From: an uncultured Methanomicrobiales archaeon
Lineage (GTDB): Archaea; Halobacteriota; Methanomicrobia; Methanomicrobiales; Methanospirillaceae
Direction: 5' to 3'
Length of the DNA: 64,000 nt
NCBI GenBank assembly: GCA_963697895.1
Contig: OY969100.1
Location: forward strand, 992,001 to 1,056,000
Part shown: one piece after another, positions 55,095-64,000 of the stretch
Layout: each line of letters starts with the position of its first letter
Position numbering within the stretch: the first letter of the stretch is position 1
Made by a program: the position numbers and the translations under genes
Notes under the pieces: model-generated
Databases searched by the model: none
Told to the model about the DNA's origin: nothing
The model's input: only the letters and a program-made list of their open reading frames with translations

Positions 55095-55745
55095 ATGGAT
55101 CGAAGGCTCGTTCTCGTCCTCGCCCTGCTTTTAGTAAGCAGCATCGTTCTTTCCACTGCCGCCTATCTTTTCGGGGTCTTTCCCTTCGACCTGCAGGTCG
55201 CCCGCTGGGTGCGGGGATTTGATCACCCGGTATTCATCACTGCGATAGGAGCGGTGAGTTTCTTCGGGAACGGGTGGGTTCCTGTCATACTGGTCGGTGT
55301 AGTGGCGGCATTTTGCGCCGTCCGGGAGAAACGGCTCGAAGCGGTGTTCGTAATCCTGACCCTGAGTGCCTATGCCCTCGATGGGGTCCTGAAAGTCCTT
55401 GTCGGCCGCCCAAGACCACCCGGTGCCGGCATAATCATCTCCAATATACTTCTGCCGGTCAACCAGTACGGGTACCCGAGCGGCCATGTACTGTTCTATG
55501 TCGTTTTTTTCGGCTTTCTGGCCTTTCTTTCGTGGGACTATCTCACCGGCCGGCTCCGGTGGATCTCCGTAGCCATCTGCATGGCGCTCATCGTCCTCAT
55601 CGGTCCTTCCCGTATTTTTCCCGGGGAACACTGGGTAAGCGACGTTCTCGGGAGTTATATCATCGGAACTTTCTGGCTGATCGTCCTGATCCTGCTGTAC
55701 CAGATGGTACTTCACCGGAGGAGCAGAGCGGGTGAGGGCAGGTAG
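55095..55745 (+). CDS. PAP2 family phosphatase
   Basis: K..VGRPRP, YPSGH, SRIFPGEHWVSDV. Confidence 0.9.
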   Translation: MDRRLVLVLALLLVSSIVLSTAAYLFGVFPFDLQVARWVRGFDHPVFITAIGAVSFFGNGWVPVILVGVVAAFCAVREKRLEAVFVILTLSAYALDGVLKVLVGRPRPPGAGIIISNILLPVNQYGYPSGHVLFYVVFFGFLAFLSWDYLTGRLRWISVAICMALIVLIGPSRIFPGEHWVSDVLGSYIIGTFWLIVLILLYQMVLHRRSRAGEGR

Positions 55746-55821
55746 TTCGGGGTGTCGCCGAATTACCCTGTTCGAGAAAACTTTATCAATCCTCTTGTCA
55801 ATTACCCATTCAGTGAATAAA

Positions 55822-56061
55822 ATGTCACTGAAATTTGACGTATACACGCTGCTCGGTGCCCTGATGACCGCAGCATTCGGCCTGATAGCGGCGCTTGCAT
55901 GGAACGGGGCAATCCAGGCCATATTTAAACAGGTATTTGGCACCATCGAAAGTGTTCCTGCGCAGTTGAGTTATGCAATTATTGTTACCATCATCGCGGT
56001 GATCGCCACGATACTGATCGCCCGGGCTGTTTCTCATGCGAAAGGGGAAGAGAAAAAATAA
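55822..56061 (+). CDS. DUF5654-like small membrane protein
   Basis: LMTAAFGLIAALAWN.AI, YAIIVTIIAV. Confidence 0.8.
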   Translation: MSLKFDVYTLLGALMTAAFGLIAALAWNGAIQAIFKQVFGTIESVPAQLSYAIIVTIIAVIATILIARAVSHAKGEEKK

Positions 56062-56316
56062 CCTTTTTCCTTGAAATTTTGAGAATTTTCATGGGGAGCG
56101 AAAAGGCTCTCGATTGGTCCTTTCAGACGTTCCGACCCGAAAATTACTCCGGCCCGGGACCCGCCGGGTCAGCCCGGCCCTGTATCACCCGGCAGCCCTT
56201 CGGGATGACCGGTTACCCCGGGCATCCGGTCATCCAGGTCCATGTTGCTGGACTGGTCCTGTGACCACGGAGTTGGTGTGGTAAATCATCCGTCAAACGC
56301 CAATTCCCGTGTATAA

Positions 56317-56655
56317 TCAGAGCAGCTTCGTCTCACCGGTCGGTTTCGGCACCTTTACGACAAGAACCCGGAACACCCCCGCACTCTCGTTGATCCAGCG
56401 GTGGGGGATCCGTGCCGGGCTCCCGACCAGGGTATCTTTTCCGACGGTCGCCCGTTCCTCCCCGATCTCCACGGTCCCGGTCCCTTCCAGCACGTAGAAG
56501 AAGACGTCGACCGGGGTGATGTGTTTCCTGAGTGATTCTCCGGGTTCGAGCGTGATGACCACTGCGACGGCGAGCGGGGATTCATAGATCTTCCGTACGT
56601 CGACATGATGGGGGTTCGGCCCGCTCACCACCTTGGCGACTTCGGTAATGTTCAT
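56317..56655 (-). CDS. Cupin domain protein
   Basis: H.TP..VFFYVLEG.G, PA.IPH; 4-bp overlap with the upstream gene. Confidence 0.88.
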   Translation of the reverse strand: MNITEVAKVVSGPNPHHVDVRKIYESPLAVAVVITLEPGESLRKHITPVDVFFYVLEGTGTVEIGEERATVGKDTLVGSPARIPHRWINESAGVFRVLVVKVPKPTGETKLL

Positions 56656-57347
56656 TTTTCATTCACTTCCTCAAGAGGAATGTACGGAATCGAGATAAGT
56701 AATTCCGATCTCAATGTTTCCATGCCAATTCGTTCCATGAACCGTGCTGTTCTCTCATGCTGGTTTGCATTTCTCCGGTAATACTCACAAAGACGCTCTG
56801 CACAATCCACCGCCTCACTGGCAGTAAGGTCCCATGCAATACGGTCGCCGAACCGGGGTCTCGTGCCCCCGTTACCGCCAAAGAAGACCATCCAGCCCCT
56901 TGTCGTGCCGATAATCCCGATGTCCCGGGTATGGCTTTCGCTGCAACAGCGGGGGCATCCCGAGACCCCGATCTTGACCTTCGCCGGGAAGGACTGGTCT
57001 TTGAACTGGTCATCGATCACTCTTACAAGCCCGATAGAGTCCTGTTTCCCATATCTGCACATATCGGTGCCAAGACAGGCCTGGACGAATTTGACACACG
57101 GGGCCGTCTCAGGTTTCGCGAGCGGGCCCAGGTCGTCAATGACCCGGGACACATCATCGGGCTCGAGCCCGGCCAGGACAATCCGCTGGCCCGAGGTAAT
57201 CTTCAGAATCGGCACATGGTGCTTCCGTCCAATGGCGGCAATTCTTTCGAGTTGCTCCGGTGAGACGATGCCGGCGGGGATCCGCGTGGTAACCGCGTAG
57301 GTCCTGTCGTCCCGCTGGAGGACCGCTCCTTCTGTAATATTTGTCAT
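56652..57347 (-). CDS. Nitrite/sulfite reductase-like 4Fe-4S/siroheme domain protein
   Basis: LQRD, KITSGQR, ACLGTDMCRYG, PAKVKIGVSGCPRCC, DIGIIG, GGNGG. Confidence 0.85.
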   Translation of the reverse strand: MTNITEGAVLQRDDRTYAVTTRIPAGIVSPEQLERIAAIGRKHHVPILKITSGQRIVLAGLEPDDVSRVIDDLGPLAKPETAPCVKFVQACLGTDMCRYGKQDSIGLVRVIDDQFKDQSFPAKVKIGVSGCPRCCSESHTRDIGIIGTTRGWMVFFGGNGGTRPRFGDRIAWDLTASEAVDCAERLCEYYRRNANQHERTARFMERIGMETLRSELLISIPYIPLEEVNEK

Positions 57348-57368
57348 CGTTCTTCTCGACTCCGTTGC

Positions 57369-58220
57369 TTACTTTTCCACTCCTGTTTTCCTGTTCAATA
57401 GTTTCCTGCCGTCATGAGTGCTCATCTTGTCGCGGGCGATCTCGTGTGCATCTTCGATCATCCGGGAGAACAACCTGCTCTGAACGCAGGTGATGAAAGG
57501 GAGCGTGATAACGACCGCCATCCGGTTTCCATCCTGCGTGTAGATCAGCATGGATTCCTGATCGTCGGCAATGAGGATACACTCGAGCCTGAAGAGAGCT
57601 CCTTCCCGGTGAATGGGAACGGAAAATATTTTTCCAAAGACGTTCACCCCGAAAAAGTCCCTGAGCTCTCCGGCCTCAAAGCACCTGGTACCCTCCGGGG
57701 CGACGAACCCTTCTGCTCCCCCTTCGGGAAAGAGGATTTTTACTTCACGATCCCGGGCGACAGAGACGATCGGACTCTGGAATGTTGTCAGGGTCTCTCC
57801 ATTGAAACAGAGGATAATGAGTTCATGGGCAACGCCCTCGACTAACCGCTCAAGATTTCGCCGGATAGTCCAGTCGCTATGCACGTACCATATCGGCGAA
57901 TAATTCTGATGGGCGTTCAGCGACAGAGCCTCAAGGGTCTTCACACTTTCGGATGCGGCCGTATCGAGATCTCGCTTTAAGAAGGAAACGACGATGTCCG
58001 GCCGGACCGCAGTATACATCAGCGGGCTTCCCTGCCGTATCTCAATGAATCCCTTTTCATCGAGCGCATTGAGGACATCATACACCCGCGGCCGCGGGAC
58101 ACCGCTGGCCTCATGGATCCTGCGCACATTTGCCTCACCAAGCCCGACGAGGGCAACGTAGATCCTGGCCTCGTATTCCTTGAGTCCGAGCTGGACAAGA
58201 TTCTCAACCGCTGAATCCAT
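57369..58220 (-). CDS. TrmB family transcriptional regulator
   Basis: LGLKEYEARIYVAL, SGVPRPRVYDVL..L.EKG. Confidence 0.9.
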   Translation of the reverse strand: MDSAVENLVQLGLKEYEARIYVALVGLGEANVRRIHEASGVPRPRVYDVLNALDEKGFIEIRQGSPLMYTAVRPDIVVSFLKRDLDTAASESVKTLEALSLNAHQNYSPIWYVHSDWTIRRNLERLVEGVAHELIILCFNGETLTTFQSPIVSVARDREVKILFPEGGAEGFVAPEGTRCFEAGELRDFFGVNVFGKIFSVPIHREGALFRLECILIADDQESMLIYTQDGNRMAVVITLPFITCVQSRLFSRMIEDAHEIARDKMSTHDGRKLLNRKTGVEK

Positions 58221-58274
58221 CTGTTACTTTGTTAGGGACAACAAAATTAAATAGTTATCTGCCGAGCATACTGC

Positions 58275-58703
58275 ATGACACTCACGACCGCCGAGAAGGC
58301 AAATATCAGCATCGTCCGGAAATTTTTCGCTGTCGGGCCATCAAACGGTGACCTTGCGGCAGCCGATGCACTACTCCATCCCGAATTTTCCCTGCATACC
58401 CCCCTGCCAACACCCGGACCCGGTATTGAAGCGATGAACACCGTGATCGTAACCTGCCGGGCAGCCTTTCACGGCCTGAATGTAACCATTGAGGACATCC
58501 TGGCAGAGGGGGAGAAGGTCACTGCCCGGTTTACTGCCCGGGGCGTCCATGCGGGGGCATTCATGGGGCTCCCTCCGACCGGAAAGGAGATTGCCCTGAC
58601 CGGCATCGAGATTTTCCGCATGAAGGAGGGGAAGATCGCCGAGCTCTGGGGTGAAGCAAACCTGATGGGGCTGATGCAGCAGCTCGGGATTATTCCCGCA
58701 TGA
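58275..58703 (+). CDS. SnoaL-like ester cyclase
   Basis: IEDILAEGEKV, G.H.G.FMGLPPTGK, GKIAELW, LMQQLG. Confidence 0.88.
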   Translation: MTLTTAEKANISIVRKFFAVGPSNGDLAAADALLHPEFSLHTPLPTPGPGIEAMNTVIVTCRAAFHGLNVTIEDILAEGEKVTARFTARGVHAGAFMGLPPTGKEIALTGIEIFRMKEGKIAELWGEANLMGLMQQLGIIPA

Positions 58704-58828
58704 ACCGGGCCCATCCCGAAAAACAGTGATCCAGAAGATAGTGTCCGGATCTCAGTCAATCGGGAAAACGAAAAAACAGCTAAAAAATATACCGGTATTG
58801 GAATACCTTCCAAAGCAAAGGGCAGATC

Positions 58829-59194
58829 ATGGCAGAGTTTCACTGGGAGAACCCGGAAAGGCAGGACAAAAAGCGGACGGAACTCTATTCGAAGGTGTTT
58901 TCACAGAAAGACCTCGTGAGTTATTCAGACGGTACCGTTGCGAGCCGGATGGTCATCAATAAGAAAAGCGGGAGCATCACCCTTTTTTCATTTGATGCAG
59001 ACGAGGGGCTTTCCGAGCACACGGCACCCTACGATGCCGTCGTTACCATCCTCGACGGAGAATGCGAAGTCTGGGTAGCGGGACAGACCCATCAGATGAA
59101 GGAAGGGGATACGATCATCTTTCCGGCGAATGTCCCCCATGCACTATCGGCGATCACCCGGTTCAAGGTGAGCCTTACCATGATCCGGGAGTAA
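58829..59194 (+). CDS. Cupin domain protein
   Basis: LSEHTAPYDA, LDGE, PANVPHAL. Confidence 0.88.
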   Translation: MAEFHWENPERQDKKRTELYSKVFSQKDLVSYSDGTVASRMVINKKSGSITLFSFDADEGLSEHTAPYDAVVTILDGECEVWVAGQTHQMKEGDTIIFPANVPHALSAITRFKVSLTMIRE

Positions 59195-59196
59195 CA

Positions 59197-59475
59197 ATGA
59201 CAGGCGATAATAAAGACGGGACGTATTGCACCATATGCGGGGGAATACCACCTGATATGATCAAGATCCGGCGGATTTCCATCGACGGCAAGGAGACGGG
59301 GATCGATCAGCTCGATTTCGTTATCGATGAGGTAAAGAAACTCCACCTGACCGACGACCATGCGATCGGGGAGGAACTCGTGAAACGGGTGAACGCCTTC
59401 AACTACATCCCGACGAAGAAAAGACCCGAGTATGCGGAGGCGCTCCTAAAAGAATACAAAAGGACGGAGGGGTGA
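59197..59475 (+). CDS. Small hypothetical protein with CxxC
   Basis: YCTICGG, IDGKETGI, NYIP..K..EYAEALL.EY; tight operon spacing. Confidence 0.75.
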   Translation: MTGDNKDGTYCTICGGIPPDMIKIRRISIDGKETGIDQLDFVIDEVKKLHLTDDHAIGEELVKRVNAFNYIPTKKRPEYAEALLKEYKRTEG

Positions 59476-59478
59476 ACG

Positions 59479-59715
59479 ATGCCCGACCATTGCCCCGGTG
59501 CGGCGAACCTCCGCACGCCTACCCTCTCGATCCGGAAGTGCCCGCAGTGCGGGGAAGAAGTGGAGATCTTCTCGAACGATCTGAAGGTCCGGTGCCCGAA
59601 CTGCGGGTTCCTGATATACAACGATGTGCAATCGTGCATCCAGTGGTGCAAATTTGCAAAAGAGTGCGTAGGGCCCGAACTCTACGAGAAATTTGCGAAG
59701 AAATCTGAGATATGA
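59479..59715 (+). CDS. Small Cys-rich Zn-ribbon protein
   Basis: HCPG, CPQCG...CPNCG, SCIQWC..AKEC; GGAGGGGTGA RBS. Confidence 0.8.
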   Translation: MPDHCPGAANLRTPTLSIRKCPQCGEEVEIFSNDLKVRCPNCGFLIYNDVQSCIQWCKFAKECVGPELYEKFAKKSEI

Positions 59716-59742
59716 TCTGAATTACGAGGAGAGAATAAGAAT

Positions 59743-59922
59743 ATGCCATCGTGTAAGGACTGCATGAACTTCACCCCGAAGACCGGCGATTCGGGGGAGT
59801 GCCAGATCAACGGACCGACGTTTCCTGACCGGGATAATGAACGATGCCCGTCGAGGACGTTCCGGCCGAAAGCAGAAGAGCAAAAGACCGGTCCGGGGAA
59901 ACGGGGACCGGTCCGGAGATGA
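59743..59922 (+). CDS. 59-aa four-Cys protein (BssC/TutF gamma-subunit-like Fe-S mini-protein)
   Basis: MPSCKDCMNFTPKTGDSGECQINGPTFPDRDNERCPSRTFRPK...; CX2CX12CX14C; GAGGAG upstream; not in the ORF track. Confidence 0.7.
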   Translation: MPSCKDCMNFTPKTGDSGECQINGPTFPDRDNERCPSRTFRPKAEEQKTGPGKRGPVRR

Positions 59923-60150
59923 TGAGATCCATCTGAACGATCCCGCTATCGACGGGCATCTGCCCTCAGAGGCAATGGGTGGCATCACCAGTATGCAGAG
60001 GTGAAGGGGGTGTTCCGGGGATATGGTGAAAATGAACGGGATCTCCGTTGGAGCGGCCGTAAAGATATATGCCCGGTATCCCCGGGACCGTCACGACCGG
60101 TCTGACCGGTGATCCTGCTGTTCCGGGAATAATTTGAAAAATAAGACCGA

Positions 60151-60777
60151 TCACTCCAGCCCCGGGATCCGCCGGGTCAGCTCTGGCCAGTCTTTCCCGG
60201 CCGCCTCCCGGATGACCGGCTTGAGCCCGGCGAAGACCGGCGGGGGCATCAGGTTCATCCAGATCCGGACGACGGTGGCCTGGTCGTCCTGCCCGAGGAG
60301 CGGGAGGAGCCACCGGACGAGGGCAGGCATCCGCTCGGGCGGTACCTTTCTCGCCATGGTGCCGAGGATGGAAGTATGTTCAGCCTCGTCTATCCGTTTC
60401 TGGAGGAACGGGTACACGTACATATCCTCCTTGTTTAAGTGAATCCGCAGGTGTGCGTTCAGGACGGCGGTCGCCCGGGCCAGGCTCAGGGGATCGTTCG
60501 CGGTCCGCATCGCTTCCAGTCCGGCAACCATGGTGTCCAGTTCCCGGTGGTCGAGGACGTATACCGGGGCGACGAACGGCGCCAGCCGTTCGATGACAGG
60601 GAAGATCGCCTCTTCCTCGCCCTTCGCGTGGTAATCGAGGAATTCCCCGTTGATGCCCATCCGGTCCAGGATGGGAGTGAAATCCCCACCTTCCCGAGCA
60701 GCCCGGAAGGCAAGGGCATCGATCTCCCGCGTGTCGCGGCGGAATGCGGTGTGTAAGCAATGGATTATTTCAAACAT
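60151..60777 (-). CDS. Hemerythrin/HHE domain protein
   Basis: LH.AFRR, H.KGEE..IFP, DH, HLNKED...YP. Confidence 0.85.
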   Translation of the reverse strand: MFEIIHCLHTAFRRDTREIDALAFRAAREGGDFTPILDRMGINGEFLDYHAKGEEEAIFPVIERLAPFVAPVYVLDHRELDTMVAGLEAMRTANDPLSLARATAVLNAHLRIHLNKEDMYVYPFLQKRIDEAEHTSILGTMARKVPPERMPALVRWLLPLLGQDDQATVVRIWMNLMPPPVFAGLKPVIREAAGKDWPELTRRIPGLE

Positions 60778-61002
60778 CGAACCGTTCTCCCGGGAACTCG
60801 TATTTCTCCCATCCCCTATAAACGCTCTCCCCCGCAGAAGGGTACAAGGAGAAGAACGATCTATCCCGCAGGATGGGTATCGGGTCCGGAAAAGAAGCCG
60901 GGATCATACCGTGCGGGAACGGTAAAAAACCGATGAAAATGGGAAAGGAGTGATCCGTTCGGATCACCTGTTCCCGGTGGGAGATCGATATTGCGTTACC
61001 GA

Positions 61003-61459
61003 TCAGACAAGGGGTGCCTTCACGTAGTTCAGGATGACTTTGCCTGAGGCATCTTTCATGGTCAGCGTTATCCCGTCACTGGAAATTGCCCATGTCTTGG
61101 CCATCTGTATATCCGCGAGATAGGCCTGCTCCTGGTCCATCACACCCGCCGGGTCCGCACAGAACATCAGGGTAACACCCGGCTGCGTTATGGTAATGGC
61201 GTCTCCATTCACGGACCATCCGGCGGAATACTGGTTACACCCGGAACTTCCCGTCATCTGCTTGCTCACATTGAAGGTCGCGGTGACCGTTGTCCCGCTG
61301 ATGACGGGTGAATATACCCCGGTCGCATTGCTGTAATACGCAAGTCTCCAGGATGATCCGGCGAGTCTGAGGATTGGTCACGGTACACCCGGCACCGAGA
61401 ACCGCGGCCAGGCAGAGAAGGGTTAAGAGCGGCAGTACGAATTTCATGTATACCGTCAT
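61003..61459 (-). CDS. META domain lipoprotein with an apparent frameshift near 61367
   Basis: Signal peptide with GAGC in one frame; LAGSSWRLAYY...GSSGCNQY...TLMFC...MDQEQAYL in another. Confidence 0.78.
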
Positions 61460-61559
61460 CGGAATAGCTGATATGAGTTAATAATACTTCTCCTGTCTTT
61501 TTTCCGGCATCTTCGGGGGTACGAACTTTTTTTTGCAAACGGTTCACAATGCCGGGCGA

Positions 61560-61659
61560 TCAGGCGATCCGGTCCCGGGGCGGGGATGCCGATCTGTTCC
61601 CGTCTCACGACGGCGTCCTCGACCCTGTACGGGGGAATTTCGAGGGCGGAGAAGACCAT
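61560..61659. repeat. ~100-bp imperfect direct repeat, copy 1 (duplicate of the 3' end of the gene at 62184-62594)
   Basis: TCAGGCGATCCGGTCCCGGG...CTCACGACGGCGTCCTCGACC...TCGAGGGCGGA..AGACCAT matches 62184-62282. Confidence 0.88.
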
Positions 61660-61759
61660 ATATACCCCGGATAAGAGTTCTCTTTCCTAACCAGTCCCTG
61701 CCCGGTATCATTACCCGGGAAATGGAATCGTTTCAGAACCCGCCGGGGACAGGATAGGT

Positions 61760-62050
61760 ATGACTACTATAACGACCTATATGAGCAATATGCAAAAGAG
61801 CAAAGTACGACATCAACAATGGGAAATTGGGGATTCACTCTCTTTTGCCCTGAAGAATGGTAAAGTGCTCCATGGGGAGGTCGGCGATATAATTCACCAG
61901 TGTGATATTCATGCGGGTGGAAATGCTGTCGGAAAATTTCTCCAACGTGCAGAATCGATGCCGCAATCACCATTCCGGATTTTACGGTCATTTAATAAGA
62001 AGTCAGCCGATCATGTACGGGTATACCGCATTAAATTAAAAGTGAAATAA
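61760..62050 (+). CDS. AT-rich hypothetical protein between the direct repeats
   Basis: 96-aa ORF with lower GC than its flanks. Confidence 0.5.
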   Translation: MTTITTYMSNMQKSKVRHQQWEIGDSLSFALKNGKVLHGEVGDIIHQCDIHAGGNAVGKFLQRAESMPQSPFRILRSFNKKSADHVRVYRIKLKVK

Positions 62051-62183
62051 CCGGAATTATTCCCTGCGGAGGTACTCCGGGAACTTACCCGAAATCCCGG
62101 ATAACGATAACGAAAATCAACACCCGCCATTGTGCGATTCCGTCGGGAGCCCGGTGATCCCTCCTGTACCGTTTCTTCCCTGG

Positions 62184-62594
62184 TCAGGCGATCCGGTCCC
62201 GGGCGGGAATGCCGATCTGTTCGAGCCTCACGACGGCGTCCTCGACCGTGTAGGGAGGAATCTCGAGGGCGGAGGAGACCATCCCTACGGCGGAAAACGG
62301 GTGTTCGTGGATATACGCGAAGACTTCCCGGGAATGATGGGGTTCCTTCTTCAGGTCCCTGTCGATGCCCGCATCGTTCCGGATGATGTCGCAGTCACGC
62401 CCGGTATTCGATAACACCGCTATTCTCCCGTCTTCGGTATGTACAAATCTCTTTTCGGCGAGCGAGAGGATAGTGTTCGTGACCTTTCGTGCGGGGATGC
62501 CGAGGATCTCTCCGATACATTCACCATCGGCCGCATGCTCCTCTCTGCGCTTCAGGTACACCAGGATCCTCCGTTCGTCCCGGGTCAGTTTCAT
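62184..62594 (-). CDS. Tandem winged-HTH-like protein
   Basis: LTRDERRILVYL...IGEILGIPARKVTNTILSLAEKRFV and a second HTH-like segment (VSSALEIPPYTVEDAVVRL); GGAGGG RBS. Confidence 0.65.
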   Translation of the reverse strand: MKLTRDERRILVYLKRREEHAADGECIGEILGIPARKVTNTILSLAEKRFVHTEDGRIAVLSNTGRDCDIIRNDAGIDRDLKKEPHHSREVFAYIHEHPFSAVGMVSSALEIPPYTVEDAVVRLEQIGIPARDRIA

Positions 62595-62753
62595 GGTACC
62601 CTCCTGAGTAAGGGAGGGGGGTACCGGATGGTATCACCATCGCGGGTGGGGTGAAAGTGGATCCCTGCGATCACACCGGCTGGATGACGGGCGACTGTGC
62701 CGATGCAATGCTCCATGAGGACGTAACGAGATACCTCTACGGAGAGAATACCC

Positions 62754-63615
62754 ATGACAGGCGAGGCCGATGAACATATCATAGAAGCAATAGGGAGATG
62801 TCGCATCGTTATCCGGAACGGGAAGGTCGTCGAGGTCGGCGAGGCACAGATCCGGGACTGTCCCCTGGCAAAGCGGTTTGCCTACCCGATCCGTGACCTC
62901 AACCGGGAGTCGGTGAAGGCGAACATCGAACACCGGATCTCCGCGTTCGGCATGTGCACCCCCGGGCGGGAGGTGCTCGGCTCGGAGGAATTCGTCGGGT
63001 TCGGCGCATCCGAGATCCTCGAGCTTCGGGCTCTCCGCCGGCCTGATCGACGCCGTGGTCCTCGCCTGTGACGGGGCGGGTACCGTGATCGTGAACAATC
63101 CCTCCCTGGTCCAGGGTATCGGAGGGAGGATGTCCGGGCTGGTGAAAACAACTCCGTACCCGGACGTGATCCGCCGGATCGAAGAGAACGGGGGATTCGT
63201 GACCGACAAGGTCCATGCACGCCTCGACCAGGCGGCCGGTGTGGAACGGGCATATGCGATGGGATTTCAGAACGTGGCGGTGACGGTAGCGATTTCTGCG
63301 GAGGCACAGCAGATCCGGGACCGGCATCCCGGTGCGGTCATCTTCGCGGTGCATGTCACGGGACTTTCCCTGGAAGAGGCAGGGACGCTCGTCTCCGCTT
63401 CGGACCTCGTGACATCGTGTGCCTCGGGACCCATCCGGGAGATCGCCGGAAGGAAGGCACGGGTGCAGGCCGGGGTCGCCATCCCGATCTTTGCCATGAC
63501 GGAGAAGGGAAAAGAGTTGATCATCGAGAAGATCCGCAAAGGAAAGGAGCAGGTCCTGGTCAAGTCCACCCGGTTACCCGTCCCCGGCGACCAGCAGCCG
63601 GAGCCCCTCGTCTGA
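62754..63615 (+). CDS. Methanogenesis marker protein 8 (DUF2099) with an apparent frameshift near 63020
   Basis: DEHIIEAIG, CPL, NIE.RI..FGMCT, FGASE; the shifted frame continues SFGLSAGLIDAVVLACDGAGTV, GIGGRMSGL, HVTG, SCAS, QQPEPL. Confidence 0.88.
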
Positions 63616-63882
63616 ACGGGTCCGGGCTGCCGATCTCCTCCGATTTTCATGGCAATCACCCGGGTGCCTGTTTATGAACCTCTCGTGCGTATGATTATCC
63701 GGGGCACTCCGGGCACATTTCTCCTCCCGCTCACTCCTCCTCGCCACCGTTTCCCAAGATACAATGCGATGTTGACCAGGCTGATGAGCATACCGGGATT
63801 CGGTGAATAGAATACAACCCGTGGAGCGTTTCAGGACGGCGAAGTTCCCGATGGGGAAGAGACAGAACCCGTGAGGTCATTA

Positions 63883-63982
63883 TCAGGCTTCCTTCGTACC
63901 GCTTACCCGGACATGACGAAACAAAGCGGTTCATCCTTGCCGGAGAATGTCTTTTTCAGGCCTCCTTCGTACCGCTTACCCG
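63883..63982. repeat. Pair of 27-bp direct repeats separated by 46 bp, at the right edge of the window
   Basis: TCAGGC(T/C)TCCTTCGTACCGCTTACCCG at 63883 and 63956. Confidence 0.8.
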
Positions 63983-64000
63983 AATGCTGACGGGGAAGTG

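Overview
This 64-kb window is an accessory-rich chromosomal region of a methanogenic archaeon, most likely Methanomicrobiales (Methanoregulaceae-like). The assignment rests on aIF-1A, methanogenesis marker 8/DUF2099, a DUF3821-type secreted protein, a TrmB regulator and a REC-PAS histidine kinase. The window carries a mercury-methylation locus (AbrB-like hgcC, hgcA, hgcB). Its HgcA has an atypical cap-helix motif (NVWCAAGE) and a tandem Cys-rich N-terminal repeat. Other genes include katG, several flavodoxin/Fe-S proteins, an lsrF plus Zn-dehydrogenase pair, a divergent ThiC paralog, a KimA-like/CLC/TMEM175 ion-transport trio and a RelE-type toxin-antitoxin pair. The least explained element is a minus-strand module at about 43.1-44.8 kb. 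It consists of a 167-aa unknown protein, a structured ~130-nt segment, a 10-unit 42-45-bp repeat array with no cas genes nearby, and two overlapping small membrane proteins, next to the TA pair. At least six otherwise intact genes are broken by single-base indels, which may be assembly errors, and several gene remnants are visible. No rRNA, tRNA, transposase, integrase or cas genes were recognised. All family assignments come from motif recognition by eye, not database searches.
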